From positions 1-64,000 of IMG/VR virus record IMGVR_UViG_3300027779_001649: 64,000 nt of DNA. One strand, given 5' to 3'. A program made the position numbers and the translations under genes. The stretch's first letter is position 1; the number at the start of each line of letters is the position of its first letter. Under the pieces are notes generated by a model. That model saw nothing but the letters and a program-made list of their open reading frames with translations, made no database searches and was not told the origin of the DNA. Positions 28,116-38,482 of this stretch are shown in pieces. The DNA is from a virus.

Positions 28116-29772
28116 TGTCATCTTCCTTTTCATCATTATTCTTTTTCTTTGCGAATGGATTTCCTCCACCATTTGCTGGAGCAGCTGGTTCGGGTTCTTC
28201 ATAATCCGGCATATCAGGTGGTTTGATAACTTTTCCATCACCATCCTGTGGATAACGAGTAACACCATCACCACCGTCTGGCATGTCAATTCCACCATCT
28301 TCAACATCCATATCAGCTTCTTTCTTGATTTGGTCTTGCATCTTAGAAACATCACCATCATTCATACGTAATACTTTCTCCCAAACAAATTGTTTACTGA
28401 AGAATGTACCCATATATGATTGTATAACGTCCATAGTTTCCAATCTTTCCTTTAGAAGTTCTGCTTCTTTTAACTCTGTAAAGTGACCATCCATTAAGAA
28501 ATCATACTGTAGATGTTCTTTAATACTAGTCCAATCCTCGTTTGCAATGATACCCTTCAACAATAACTGGGTCATAAGAATATCAGTGAATAGAGGTACG
28601 AATTTCTTACGTATTCTCTGCACAAACTTAGTGAATTTTAGTTCATCTCTGGTAATTTCAGTAGATCGTCCAAGGTTAAATCCCGATTCAGATTCTAATC
28701 TGGATATAGGTACATTCAAGGAACGGTATAGTTTCCTTTGAAAATACATAATATCATCTATTTCACCTAAATTCTGTCCACCAGGCAGAGTAGTTATCTC
28801 AGTTCCTCTACCACCTTCTCTTCGTGGTAACCAGAAATCTTCAAGCATTGACATATGATTTCTGTCATCTCGTATTTCACCAGTTGTTGCATCATACACC
28901 AACTTATTACGATATCGGTTCATAACATCTTTTAGATACTGTTCTGCTTTAGCTTTTGGTAGATTACCAACGTCAATGTAGAAGATACGTCTTTCTGGAG
29001 CTCGGGAGATACGATAGATAACTAACGCATCTTCAATCATACGTAACTGATTGACAGATTTTATAGCTTTATGTAAATATGAACGAACTGCGCCATTATT
29101 CCCATCAATCACACCAGATGGAACATAGGTAATAGAATCCTTTGCAATTTTAATACCCTCTGAGGTAGGTGAACCAGATTGTATTGAAAGTCCCTTTTCA
29201 TTGTAGATATAGTATTCAGTAATCTTTCGTACCATATCAACACCAGTTTTAGCATCAACTTTCTTATCTAACTCTCTAACTTTTCTAATTTTCATAGAAT
29301 CTATCCAACGTAATTCGGTAATACCCTTACGTGGATCATTAATGTCTATAACTTTGTGATAGTAGACCCTACCATCTACATACCATCTACGGAACACATC
29401 ATGGCCTCTAGTATCAAAATCTAAAAGTCTTAATACCTCACCAAATTCGTGTCTAATTTTTCTCTTAATTTTCTCAGGATACGGTAATCCATCTAAAACT
29501 ATGGATACAGCTTGATCGTTTTCATTTGCAACGATAGATTCATTTACTATATCTTCAATTGCAGCATCACACTCAGGTTGTCCTGCAATATCCCTGTACC
29601 GTTTAATAAGGTCAATATCAGACCGCTCACGCCCATCAGTGTCTAGGACTTGACCCCAGAAACCACCTCCGGCAACATCAATAGTGCCATCTTGAGGATC
29701 AGGAGCAGTAAACGTCTGCTCCTTCTCCTGTTCTTTTACCTTAGATAAACGGAACCCAAAAAGTTCTGCCAT
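28108..29772 (-). CDS. gp20: Portal protein
   Basis: RRWYVDGR, YRISRAPERRIFYIDVGNLP, EDFWLPRREGGRGTEI. Confidence 0.98.
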   Translation of the reverse strand: MAELFGFRLSKVKEQEKEQTFTAPDPQDGTIDVAGGGFWGQVLDTDGRERSDIDLIKRYRDIAGQPECDAAIEDIVNESIVANENDQAVSIVLDGLPYPEKIKRKIRHEFGEVLRLLDFDTRGHDVFRRWYVDGRVYYHKVIDINDPRKGITELRWIDSMKIRKVRELDKKVDAKTGVDMVRKITEYYIYNEKGLSIQSGSPTSEGIKIAKDSITYVPSGVIDGNNGAVRSYLHKAIKSVNQLRMIEDALVIYRISRAPERRIFYIDVGNLPKAKAEQYLKDVMNRYRNKLVYDATTGEIRDDRNHMSMLEDFWLPRREGGRGTEITTLPGGQNLGEIDDIMYFQRKLYRSLNVPISRLESESGFNLGRSTEITRDELKFTKFVQRIRKKFVPLFTDILMTQLLLKGIIANEDWTSIKEHLQYDFLMDGHFTELKEAELLKERLETMDVIQSYMGTFFSKQFVWEKVLRMNDGDVSKMQDQIKKEADMDVEDGGIDMPDGGDGVTRYPQDGDGKVIKPPDMPDYEEPEPAAPANGGGNPFAKKKNNDEKEDDNE

Positions 29773-29798
29773 TATATATTACTCCTACTGTCTATATC

Positions 29799-29806
29799 TA
29801 TTTAGT
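29799..29806 (-). promoter_or_regulatory. Late promoter variant ACTAAATA (gp20)
   Basis: Upstream of the AGGAG RBS of the portal gene. Confidence 0.6.
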
Positions 29807-29810
29807 AGGT

Positions 29811-30344
29811 CTAGAAGTTCACACCAGAAGCTTCAAAGTGTTGATATCTCCAACTTACATCAAATGTTTCTATCGTATCCGCTGTAGCGTTACTCAATTC
29901 AATAACAGTAATTGCCGTTGGCCAGGCACTCTTGAAAATATAACTTTTCAAAACAGTGTCATCCCTGTCCAATTGTTCTACTGTTAGATCTGATTGATAA
30001 TCAGCAGGAGATATTACACCAGTATTGTTAGCAAGATCATTAATACCGTTAGACCACCGTTCCATAGCGTTACGGATCATAAAGTCCGTATCGTTGTAGA
30101 AAGTAGTAGTCCAAGTTTCATCAAATGTCCTGTCTCCAGCAATATAGATATTCCGTCCACGAAACGGAATAGGAATCTCTGCTAAAGATTGTGCAGGAAG
30201 ATTAGATGTCGTACATAGAAAAGAAGTTCTACGGACATCTAGTCCTATTGCAATACCAGGCGGTGGTGTAACTGTTACTCTAAACTGATTAGCACGAGCA
30301 CCACCACCAATTAGATTTGCTTTAAAGTCATCTATATTAGCCAT
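29811..30344 (-). CDS. gp19: Tail tube protein
   Basis: GGGARANQF, PFRGR, AGDRTF, QLDRD. Confidence 0.95.
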   Translation of the reverse strand: MANIDDFKANLIGGGARANQFRVTVTPPPGIAIGLDVRRTSFLCTTSNLPAQSLAEIPIPFRGRNIYIAGDRTFDETWTTTFYNDTDFMIRNAMERWSNGINDLANNTGVISPADYQSDLTVEQLDRDDTVLKSYIFKSAWPTAITVIELSNATADTIETFDVSWRYQHFEASGVNF

Positions 30345-30346
30345 GG

Positions 30347-32362
30347 TTATCCTCCTACTTCACTAAATGCAACACCAGTTCGTGTGGCGATGAAATTTAG
30401 TGTGATAAAGTTAATTGCACGAGCTGGTTTGATGTAAATATCACCAATAAACTCGTTGCGGTCAATAACTTCACCTGTGTTGTTTGTTGCATCAGCGACT
30501 ACCTTAAAATCATAGATACCTCTGCGACCTTGAACGTCCCTCAAGAAAGGTTCTACCATGTTTCTAAACTGAGCTCTGGTGAATTCATCGTTGAATTCAA
30601 AGAGTTGATATTTAGAAGCAGTTGAGATTGCTTTCTCTAGTACCAAGAACAATCTACGCACGTTAATGCGATCAAATGCACTAGGTTTGGCTAGAGCAGT
30701 TTTATCTCCAAAGAGAACCACACCTTGGCCTGGGAAGTTAGTTACTGGATTAATCCTTGAACGATAAAGTTGGTCTCTTTCACTGTTCTTAGGATTATAT
30801 GCAAGTTTAATTGCACCTCTTATATTTCCACGATTAAATCCAGCTGGGGAATACCAAGGATCGGCAACCTTATCTGCATTTGCACAAAGACCGGCGATAT
30901 CACCGTTCAAAGGAACATAACGATAAACATCTGCATATTTGTCGTACATGTATTTGTATCCACTGTCATATACGATATATGAAGAGGATGGCAAAGTATC
31001 AAAACCGTTGATAACATTTGCGGTCTGTGAGATGGAACTAGAAACATTAACTACTGCGGCACGATATGGTGAAATAAATCCTACACAATCTTTGCGGTCT
31101 TCGCAAAGGTCAGTAACCATTGTTCCATGTGTGTCCATACCAGCTTGAGTATCAGCTACACCACCAGAGGGTCCAGATAATACCAAGTTAATATCTAAGG
31201 TTTCAGTATCTTTAAATAAATCATAACCAGCACGAAGTTCACCATTAGTAACAGAATAATCATCCGTACCACCAGTAAGAGTACCAGCGTCTACTAGTGT
31301 TACAGCAGTATAGTCAGCAGTAACATCAGTTCCCCAATTGGAACCAGCAGAAATATGATCTGTCCAGTAAATCCACTGAGATTGTCTAAAAATTATATCT
31401 GGGTAGTAATTAGAACCACCCTGAGCAGTTTTAGAAATTGGGTTTTTTGACGTATTATCATATGTTTCAATTACTGAACTAGTTCTCTGTCCAGCAACAT
31501 CATTCTGATAACCAGTGATATCACCTGTAGCGTCATAAACTGCAACATGCAGTTCATCGTTACTTCCACGACCATTATTAGTTGCCCACTGGGAAGTCCC
31601 AGGCGCACCGGCGAAGAGATCATAAAATCTCCAACGTCTGCGTATAAACGAATTATCGGGAATTGCAACTTTCAAACCTTGACCATTTGGATCGTCTTTA
31701 AGACGAATGGTTAAGGCATCGGTAGCAATCGCAGTAACTTCATATTCATTACCTTCATCACCAGAGATATGTGCAAAAGCAGTGATATCAGAAGATGAAT
31801 CGGCACTTGAGAATGAAATTAAATCACCAACATTAAACGCATAACCAACAGAATCAGCATCGTCCACAGTGACCGTAGTGTCACCAAGGGTTGCAGCTGC
31901 ATCATCAACGAGGTTACTTGTTCCCATGTGCTGTTCATATGAAGTAGCACTAGGACATAAGGAAACTCCAATAGAGTTACCCCAAGTACCAGCACTACGT
32001 GCAGCCCATTCACCATGAGAACCTTGTCCCCCAGAAAATGAACCATTATAGTGGTCATCATCACGAATGAGAATACCACTATTTGCACCAGCATTTAATA
32101 TTGCACACTCGGTACGAACAACTTTCAATTGATCGGAGTATGTTAAAAAGTTTGCAGCAGTAAACCACCACTCAAAGTTTGAACCTTGAGGTTTACCAAA
32201 TATCTGCACTAAGTCCTGTTCACTACCGATTGTCGTAACTGACGAAACTGGACCTCTTTCAAATGGTCCTGCTATTGCACCAACGGTGGTGGCAACAGCC
32301 GGGACTATGTTTGTGAGGTCAATTTCACGGACATGAACGCCAGGAGAAGATAGAAATGACAT
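30347..32362 (-). CDS. gp18: Tail sheath protein
   Basis: SPGVHVREIDLT, PWYSPAG, FDRINVRRLF, IKPARAINFI. Confidence 0.97.
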   Translation of the reverse strand: MSFLSSPGVHVREIDLTNIVPAVATTVGAIAGPFERGPVSSVTTIGSEQDLVQIFGKPQGSNFEWWFTAANFLTYSDQLKVVRTECAILNAGANSGILIRDDDHYNGSFSGGQGSHGEWAARSAGTWGNSIGVSLCPSATSYEQHMGTSNLVDDAAATLGDTTVTVDDADSVGYAFNVGDLISFSSADSSSDITAFAHISGDEGNEYEVTAIATDALTIRLKDDPNGQGLKVAIPDNSFIRRRWRFYDLFAGAPGTSQWATNNGRGSNDELHVAVYDATGDITGYQNDVAGQRTSSVIETYDNTSKNPISKTAQGGSNYYPDIIFRQSQWIYWTDHISAGSNWGTDVTADYTAVTLVDAGTLTGGTDDYSVTNGELRAGYDLFKDTETLDINLVLSGPSGGVADTQAGMDTHGTMVTDLCEDRKDCVGFISPYRAAVVNVSSSISQTANVINGFDTLPSSSYIVYDSGYKYMYDKYADVYRYVPLNGDIAGLCANADKVADPWYSPAGFNRGNIRGAIKLAYNPKNSERDQLYRSRINPVTNFPGQGVVLFGDKTALAKPSAFDRINVRRLFLVLEKAISTASKYQLFEFNDEFTRAQFRNMVEPFLRDVQGRRGIYDFKVVADATNNTGEVIDRNEFIGDIYIKPARAINFITLNFIATRTGVAFSEVGG

Positions 32363-32406
32363 GTTATTACTCCTTTAAATTGCGAGTCTTTTGTATTGTT
32401 CATTGA

Positions 32407-32414
32407 TATTTATA
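32407..32414 (-). promoter_or_regulatory. T4-type late promoter (gp18)
   Basis: TATAAATA upstream of gp18. Confidence 0.8.
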
Positions 32415-32456
32415 AAAATAAAGTTCTTAAAACCCACTTTTATAAGTGTTAAAACA

Positions 32457-32464
32457 TATAAATA
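32457..32464 (+). promoter_or_regulatory. T4-type late promoter driving the + strand cassette (HNH-like, TAXI-TRAP)
   Basis: TATAAATA 5 nt before the ATG at 32470. Confidence 0.7.
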
Positions 32465-32469
32465 AACGT

Positions 32470-32772
32470 ATGGTAAATGCTCATTATGAAAAATATAAAG
32501 ACACTATTAAGAAGTGTGCGAGAAGAAACTACCGCAAAAGGATAGTATTACTTAATGAGTTCTTAGCCGATAAACACTGTAAACATTGTGGAGAAATGGA
32601 GACTGTGTGTCTCAAATTTTACCCACATGACTCAGAAATCCGAAAAATTACAAAGAGAGTTGGAATTAGTGATGAAAGTCGTACTGAAATCACTAAATTA
32701 ATGAGCGATTCCATCATTCTTTGTTCAAATTGTTGGATTAAATTAGATAATGATCTAATTGAATTTATATAG
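32470..32772 (+). CDS. Degenerate HNH-like Zn-binding protein
   Basis: CKHCG...CLKFYPHD...LCSNCW. Confidence 0.55.
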   Translation: MVNAHYEKYKDTIKKCARRNYRKRIVLLNEFLADKHCKHCGEMETVCLKFYPHDSEIRKITKRVGISDESRTEITKLMSDSIILCSNCWIKLDNDLIEFI

Positions 32773-32789
32773 AAAGAGAGAGGAAAGAC

Positions 32790-33725
32790 ATGAATATATT
32801 AAAAGGGCTTATCTTCGTCCTAGCACTAATGATTCCCAATACATTGTATGCCTTAGAACTTGGTACTACAAAAGGTACTGCAAATTACCAAACGGGTATC
32901 GCATTGTCAAAAGTAATCACACAACATGGAGTAAAAATACACCCTGTACCACATAGAGGAACTAATATCTACACAGAACGAGTAAATGTTGGTAAATTAG
33001 ATTTTGCTATTGCGGGTGCATATCATCTATATTGGGCAAGGACAGGGACAGGCCCAGTTAAATATCCCCATAAAAATCTTCGTTTTGTAGCTAATCTACA
33101 AAACTTTAGAACCACATATGCAGTTAGAAATAATTCTAACATTAAGACTTATGAAGATTTAGAGGGTAAAAGAGTACCTTCGGGATTTGCAGGAGCACCA
33201 TCCTTTCATTGGATGATGGAAGCAAATCTAGCAAACGGTGGGTTAACTTGGGACGATGTAACTCCTGTGCCTGTTACTTCATTACCAAAATGTTGGGCTG
33301 GTCTTCAAATTGGTACTATTGATGTTTGCACCTTTGCAATAGGTTCTGGTTCTGCGAAGAAATTTAATATCCTAACTCCAGGCGGTCTGAGAGGTTTAAG
33401 TTCAAATATCGGTCAAAAAGAACAGGATATGTTCAGAAATTGGAAGGGAGTAAGTATTGTTACTCAAAATCCTTCTGATAACTTATCTCTAATAAGGGGT
33501 AAAACTAGAGTCACGCAGTTTTCATATCAGCTTTTCACAAATAAAGATGTGCCTGTTGATGTTGTAAAGGATGTTGTTCTTGCACTATACGAGGGAGGAG
33601 AAGACTTTCAAAAGTCCTCTGGTTTCACTAAGTCCTTTAAAAAGGAAAACATGAACAAGAATGTTACAATTCCTATGCACTCAGGTGCAAAGAAGGCTTA
33701 TAATGAACTTGGACTTTCTGAATAA
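32790..33725 (+). CDS. TAXI-family TRAP solute-binding protein
   Basis: Signal peptide; LGTTKGTANY, NLRFVANL, DLEGKRVP, IPMHSGAKKAYNELGL. Confidence 0.9.
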   Translation: MNILKGLIFVLALMIPNTLYALELGTTKGTANYQTGIALSKVITQHGVKIHPVPHRGTNIYTERVNVGKLDFAIAGAYHLYWARTGTGPVKYPHKNLRFVANLQNFRTTYAVRNNSNIKTYEDLEGKRVPSGFAGAPSFHWMMEANLANGGLTWDDVTPVPVTSLPKCWAGLQIGTIDVCTFAIGSGSAKKFNILTPGGLRGLSSNIGQKEQDMFRNWKGVSIVTQNPSDNLSLIRGKTRVTQFSYQLFTNKDVPVDVVKDVVLALYEGGEDFQKSSGFTKSFKKENMNKNVTIPMHSGAKKAYNELGLSE

Positions 33726-35040
33726 GCTACTAACTGTACTACTTCTTATTGGGGTATCTAACATAGATTTCTATGTTGGGTATCCCTTTATGGATGAACA
33801 GTTATACTTTTTATTACTTCTTGTTAGTTTAAGCTGTATATTTAATAATATACTACTAATTCTAGGAGGAATTATATTATTCTTTGCATATCCCTACTTA
33901 TCTGAATATGCTCTTTCAGAAGTAACGACCTTACGATTACTCGCAATACCTTTACTATCACTTATTTTCTGGAGTTTGTATAGAACCAGTGGTAGGGGGT
34001 TTGCAATTATTTTTGGTCTATTCTTATTATACCCATTTTTAGTATATAATCCAATAAAGGCACTTGACATTTTATCATTCATCGTAATTGATAATACTGC
34101 TATGTTAGGTATCGCAATGTATATAATATGTGGTATAGTGTTTATGTTTGTTATATTTGGACAATTAATGGTGCATATTGGTCTGATTGATAAGTTAATG
34201 TATTATATTACCAGACACATAAAATCCCCTGCTAGGGTTGCAATTATGTCCTCTGCCGTGTTTGGTAGTGTATCTGGTGCAGCAGTATCTAATGTTATGA
34301 GTACAGGACAACTTACAATCCCTCTCATGATAAAATGCGGTTATTCTAAAGTTAAAGCAGCTGCATATGAAGCAGTCGCATCTACTGGAGGACAACTCAT
34401 GCCTCCAATTATGGGTGCAGCTGCATTTCTTATGGCAGAAACTCTATCTATATCATATTGGGAGGTTGTTAGGGTTGCGATAATACCTTCACTCTTATTC
34501 TATTCTATATTACTTTTAACAGTACCCAAGGAAGAAAAAAAACACAGCCCGAGGATTATAAAAAAACGACTTCGGTATCCCCCCCTTGGTCAATTGGTGC
34601 TTGACACGGGTAATATAATGTCTGGACTAATAATTTTAGGCGCAGCTATAGGTTTAATCATAGGAATAATGGATCAAACTGGACTATCTTTCCATATTTC
34701 AACTTATATTATAGAATTATCGGGGGGAAACTCCTTTTTATTACTTTTACTCACTGCAGCTCTCTGTATAGTCCTTGGAATGGGTATGCCAACGGTATCA
34801 ACCTATCTTATTGTTAGTGTTGTCGCAGCCCCTGCATTAGTAGAATCAGGATTTACTGAAATATACGCACATCTTTTTGTATTATATTATGGGTGTTTAT
34901 CTTTAATAACTCCACCAGTTGCAATATGTTCTTTTGCAGCTGCAAAGTTAAGTGGTGCAAATCCTATGGCAGTCTCATTAGAATCTGTATATATTGGGTG
35001 GCCGTTATTTCTAGTTCCATTCCTCTTTATAATGATGTAA
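33703..35040 (+). CDS. TAXI-type TRAP fused permease (DctQM), shortened
   Basis: FGSVSGAAVSNV, EAVASTGGQLMPPIMGAAAFLMAE, LGMGMPT, ITPPVA. Confidence 0.9.
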   Translation: MNLDFLNKLLTVLLLIGVSNIDFYVGYPFMDEQLYFLLLLVSLSCIFNNILLILGGIILFFAYPYLSEYALSEVTTLRLLAIPLLSLIFWSLYRTSGRGFAIIFGLFLLYPFLVYNPIKALDILSFIVIDNTAMLGIAMYIICGIVFMFVIFGQLMVHIGLIDKLMYYITRHIKSPARVAIMSSAVFGSVSGAAVSNVMSTGQLTIPLMIKCGYSKVKAAAYEAVASTGGQLMPPIMGAAAFLMAETLSISYWEVVRVAIIPSLLFYSILLLTVPKEEKKHSPRIIKKRLRYPPLGQLVLDTGNIMSGLIILGAAIGLIIGIMDQTGLSFHISTYIIELSGGNSFLLLLLTAALCIVLGMGMPTVSTYLIVSVVAAPALVESGFTEIYAHLFVLYYGCLSLITPPVAICSFAAAKLSGANPMAVSLESVYIGWPLFLVPFLFIMM

Positions 35041-36204
35041 GAAACCTCTCCAATCGTATTGTTCTATATTGTCTTTGGTTAGTATAGAACCATCATCCAG
35101 TATACCCCAAATTCTGTATGAAGATTTATCTACAACTCTATTTACAAGGTGTTGTCCTCTCAGAAGACTTATCACTTTACCATGACCATATGCATATTCT
35201 TTATCCTTAGTGAATTTGTATATATGGTCACGTAAAGGCATTTTGTAAGTTAAATAATGTTCGTGTTTCATATCATTAACGCAAATGTAAGTATCTGGGT
35301 TGTTTTCATCCATATTCCCAAATATAGTTCCACATGCTTCACGCCATCCTTTTCTATGTTGATTGACCGCCCACTTCTCCATAGGGGGTTGGACATAAAT
35401 CGGCAAATGATTACTCATATCCATTTTATCTCCCTCCCATTCGTAAATATATCTCAGACTTCCTACACACCACTTCTGTTTTCTTTTCGCTTCCCAAGTT
35501 TCATAGATTTGTTGGGGCGAAGTTACATATATGTTTGCAGATTTTCCATTACCGTTAGAACCAAACACTTCATCTGCTGTACCACAGGGACATAGTATAT
35601 GTTTATCTGGTGATGCTTCTTTAAATACATCGTGTGTTGTGTTGATTGTATGGTCTAAATGTTTTACTACTTTATCGTAATAGTCCTGATATTCCGTACT
35701 ATGTCCAATAATAACATGAAGTTGTTCGGGACATACCTCATTTAACGCAATAAGAGCTGCCGTAGAATCTATACCACCAGACCAAAAGAAATCTATAGTC
35801 TTTCCTGTTGATGCAAGAATTTCAGCAGATGCTATCAAAACATCTGTTATATCTAAATTTTCTACTTCGGGGTAATGTTTGTATTCTAACCACGGCATGT
35901 TCAGAGATTTAACAGAACTATTAAATGTATATTGTTGTTCAGTATCTCTGTTTAGAAGTACACCACCATCAAATCCCATTTCATGTAAGGTAACTCGCTC
36001 TTTTCTCCAATCCTGCCATAAATGTTTTATTTCGGGATGTCCTTTGAAAAAAAGGTTATGGGATTTATTGAAGTTATAATAGGCATTAGGGCCTGTCCAA
36101 CTTTCTTTGATGTTGTCTTTAGATACTCCAAAATGAGAATAACTTTTTTCTCTCATATATTTAATAAATGGCCGTCCATAGAAAACCAACCGATACTTAT
36201 CCAT
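35011..36204 (-). CDS. PP-loop ATPase (asparagine synthase C-domain-like), paralog A
   Basis: FFWSGGIDST, GTADEVFG, YKMPLRDHI. Confidence 0.75.
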   Translation of the reverse strand: MDKYRLVFYGRPFIKYMREKSYSHFGVSKDNIKESWTGPNAYYNFNKSHNLFFKGHPEIKHLWQDWRKERVTLHEMGFDGGVLLNRDTEQQYTFNSSVKSLNMPWLEYKHYPEVENLDITDVLIASAEILASTGKTIDFFWSGGIDSTAALIALNEVCPEQLHVIIGHSTEYQDYYDKVVKHLDHTINTTHDVFKEASPDKHILCPCGTADEVFGSNGNGKSANIYVTSPQQIYETWEAKRKQKWCVGSLRYIYEWEGDKMDMSNHLPIYVQPPMEKWAVNQHRKGWREACGTIFGNMDENNPDTYICVNDMKHEHYLTYKMPLRDHIYKFTKDKEYAYGHGKVISLLRGQHLVNRVVDKSSYRIWGILDDGSILTKDNIEQYDWRGFLHHYKEEWN

Positions 36205-36515
36205 TACGATTCTGTTTCAGATCTCTCTAAGTCAATGTTATTTGATACGTTGTGCGTGTCTCTTGCATTTAACATAGACTGTACAGTTTCATCCTCAACC
36301 CAATCATTCTTTGCATCTTGGTTAAGAAATGAGTAGGTAACAGTTTTAACCAAACCATCATCTGATATGGATTCTCCAAGACCACCTATTTTATAGACTC
36401 TTTTACCAGTGTCTATAAAATTAGTTTTAAGATATGCTGTAACATCATCTGTCAGAGAATGCCAAGCTGTATCGGTGTTTGGTCTAGTGAGTTTTATTGT
36501 TCCATTTATTGCCAT
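36204..36515 (-). CDS. ~100-aa family protein, copy 1
   Basis: LTRPNTD.W, ISDDGLV, NARD shared with 46693..46995; AGGAG RBS; TAATG-coupled to the PP-loop gene. Confidence 0.8.
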   Translation of the reverse strand: MAINGTIKLTRPNTDTAWHSLTDDVTAYLKTNFIDTGKRVYKIGGLGESISDDGLVKTVTYSFLNQDAKNDWVEDETVQSMLNARDTHNVSNNIDLERSETES

Positions 36516-36525
36516 TTTAATTCTC

Positions 36526-38169
36526 CTACCAATCGTTTTTGTAGCTTCTAACTACTGGTGACCACTTAGTTCCATATTCGTCTACCATTAATCCTATATT
36601 TTCATCTTCTAAACCAGTAACAACGAAACCAAATGGTGCCATGTCCTGTTCCATTGCATATTGGTTTTCTGCAATCATTTTCATTCGGACATCTAAATTA
36701 GTTAATTCCTTAAAGTACGTTTGGTCTGTAGCCCATGCAAATAGAAAACCACATGAAACTAAATCATCAGTACAACCATCGTCAGCTTCCCACGATTGTC
36801 CTTTCACTATAAAGGTAGATAATTCATTAACAAAGTCGTAATCCTCTATAATTAATTTATCATCCTCTACCATTTGTTTTAGATTGGAACAACCAATCTT
36901 CTTTGTTGCCTTTGTAGTTCGTACACCTAATTGAGCTTTACCCCCACTGAAACCTCCACCAAGTACCTGTCCTGACCTTCCACGCATACTTGTCATGCAT
37001 AGGTTGTCATATTCCAAGTCAAACTGCATAGTGTTTGCAACACCTTCTCCTATATCATTTATCTCTATCAATACATATGCTTGATTATATGCCCGTGCGA
37101 GATCGTATATCTTCTGTGGATACACAAGGGGTTTAATCTCATTGTCTCTGTACTTTGCGACTACTGTGTATGGCATTTGTGAGATATCAAATATAATAAA
37201 TGCAGAGTAATCGTTAGATGTTCCTCTAGAAACATCACAAGTAATAAAATAAGTGTGGTCTTCTTCTGGGTTCTTATATACCTCTAATCCAGCATTTGAC
37301 ATTATCGGATCTATAAAGGACAGTGTTCTAAGTTTCCTTGCAGATATAAGAGTATCAATAGAACCTAAGAATTCACAACCAAACTCAGTATTAAACTGTT
37401 GTTCACTTGTATTCTTAATTGTTTCGGCTTTCCAGGCGTCATCTCTTCCAGGCACTTCACTCCAATGAACTTCTATGGGAATATATGAGTTTCTCTCATG
37501 TTCAGCATCAGTCCACATCTTGTAAAACATATTCATACCGTGTGGAGTAGAAACGATCATTACTTTACTTGTTTTACCAGAGGAAATAGTAGGATACACT
37601 GAACTAAAGAATTGTTCTGCTACATTAGCTGGTACATAAGCAAACTCGTCAAGGAAAATAATGTTATATGAACCACCACGAACCGCACTAGCACTAGTTG
37701 AACTCGCAAGTATTTTAGAACCATTTTCTAACTCCAGACTACCCTTGTTCCAAGACATAACGCCTTGTTGTAACCATTTGGGTAAATGTTCATATGCTAA
37801 CTGCAACCTTCCCAACAAATCTCTAGCAGTCGCAGCCTTATTCGCAAGAATGGCAACATTTACAGTCTCATTAAACAAAACATAATGCAGTAAGTAGGCG
37901 ATGATAGTAGTAGATTTTCCAGACTGTCTAGGAAGTTTACAAATGGTGAAACGATTGTTGTGAAATGTTCCTATCATCTCCTTCTGAAAATCATACAGTT
38001 TAAAAGGAACAAGACCCTCATCAATATTAACAATCTTAATATATTCTTGTATAAAATATATTGGATCTTTCATACATTTAGTATATTCCTCTAGCTCTTC
38101 CTTTGTCCAATTCTGTTGGACATTTGCTTTTTTGAGGTTAGGATTGCCGAGGTAGACTGAATCAGACAT
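36526..38169 (-). CDS. gp17: Terminase large subunit
   Basis: YLGNPNLK, PRQSGKST, LDEFA, STPHG, DDLV. Confidence 0.97.
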   Translation of the reverse strand: MSDSVYLGNPNLKKANVQQNWTKEELEEYTKCMKDPIYFIQEYIKIVNIDEGLVPFKLYDFQKEMIGTFHNNRFTICKLPRQSGKSTTIIAYLLHYVLFNETVNVAILANKAATARDLLGRLQLAYEHLPKWLQQGVMSWNKGSLELENGSKILASSTSASAVRGGSYNIIFLDEFAYVPANVAEQFFSSVYPTISSGKTSKVMIVSTPHGMNMFYKMWTDAEHERNSYIPIEVHWSEVPGRDDAWKAETIKNTSEQQFNTEFGCEFLGSIDTLISARKLRTLSFIDPIMSNAGLEVYKNPEEDHTYFITCDVSRGTSNDYSAFIIFDISQMPYTVVAKYRDNEIKPLVYPQKIYDLARAYNQAYVLIEINDIGEGVANTMQFDLEYDNLCMTSMRGRSGQVLGGGFSGGKAQLGVRTTKATKKIGCSNLKQMVEDDKLIIEDYDFVNELSTFIVKGQSWEADDGCTDDLVSCGFLFAWATDQTYFKELTNLDVRMKMIAENQYAMEQDMAPFGFVVTGLEDENIGLMVDEYGTKWSPVVRSYKNDW

Positions 38170-38171
38170 TA

Positions 38172-38477
38172 TTATACTCCAAAACTTTCACCACATCCAC
38201 AACTACTCGTAGATGTTGGATTTTTCACTGTTAGAAAACTACCACCGAGCTCGGTTATATAATCAATCTCACTACCCAAAACGTACATCTCAGCAAGTGG
38301 GTCAACCACAAGAACATCCTCTATAGGCTCAGACCATTCAACATCAGGCAGATTGCTCTTCAGATTCCAGACATACTGGAAACCAGAACATCCTCCACCG
38401 ACAACAGCCAGTGTTACAAAGTCTCCCTTAGATACAGACTTTAAGTAGTCTCTTGCAGATTGTGTTAATGTTACCAT
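38172..38477 (-). CDS. HesB/IscA-family Fe-S carrier protein
   Basis: GGGCSGFQY, CGCGESF. Confidence 0.93.
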   Translation of the reverse strand: MVTLTQSARDYLKSVSKGDFVTLAVVGGGCSGFQYVWNLKSNLPDVEWSEPIEDVLVVDPLAEMYVLGSEIDYITELGGSFLTVKNPTSTSSCGCGESFGV

Positions 38478-38482
38478 ATCGT

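Noticed and set aside
35011-36515. Lasso-peptide cluster
   Set aside because: No recognisable B1/B2 leader peptidase or short precursor; the 100-aa proteins look globular.
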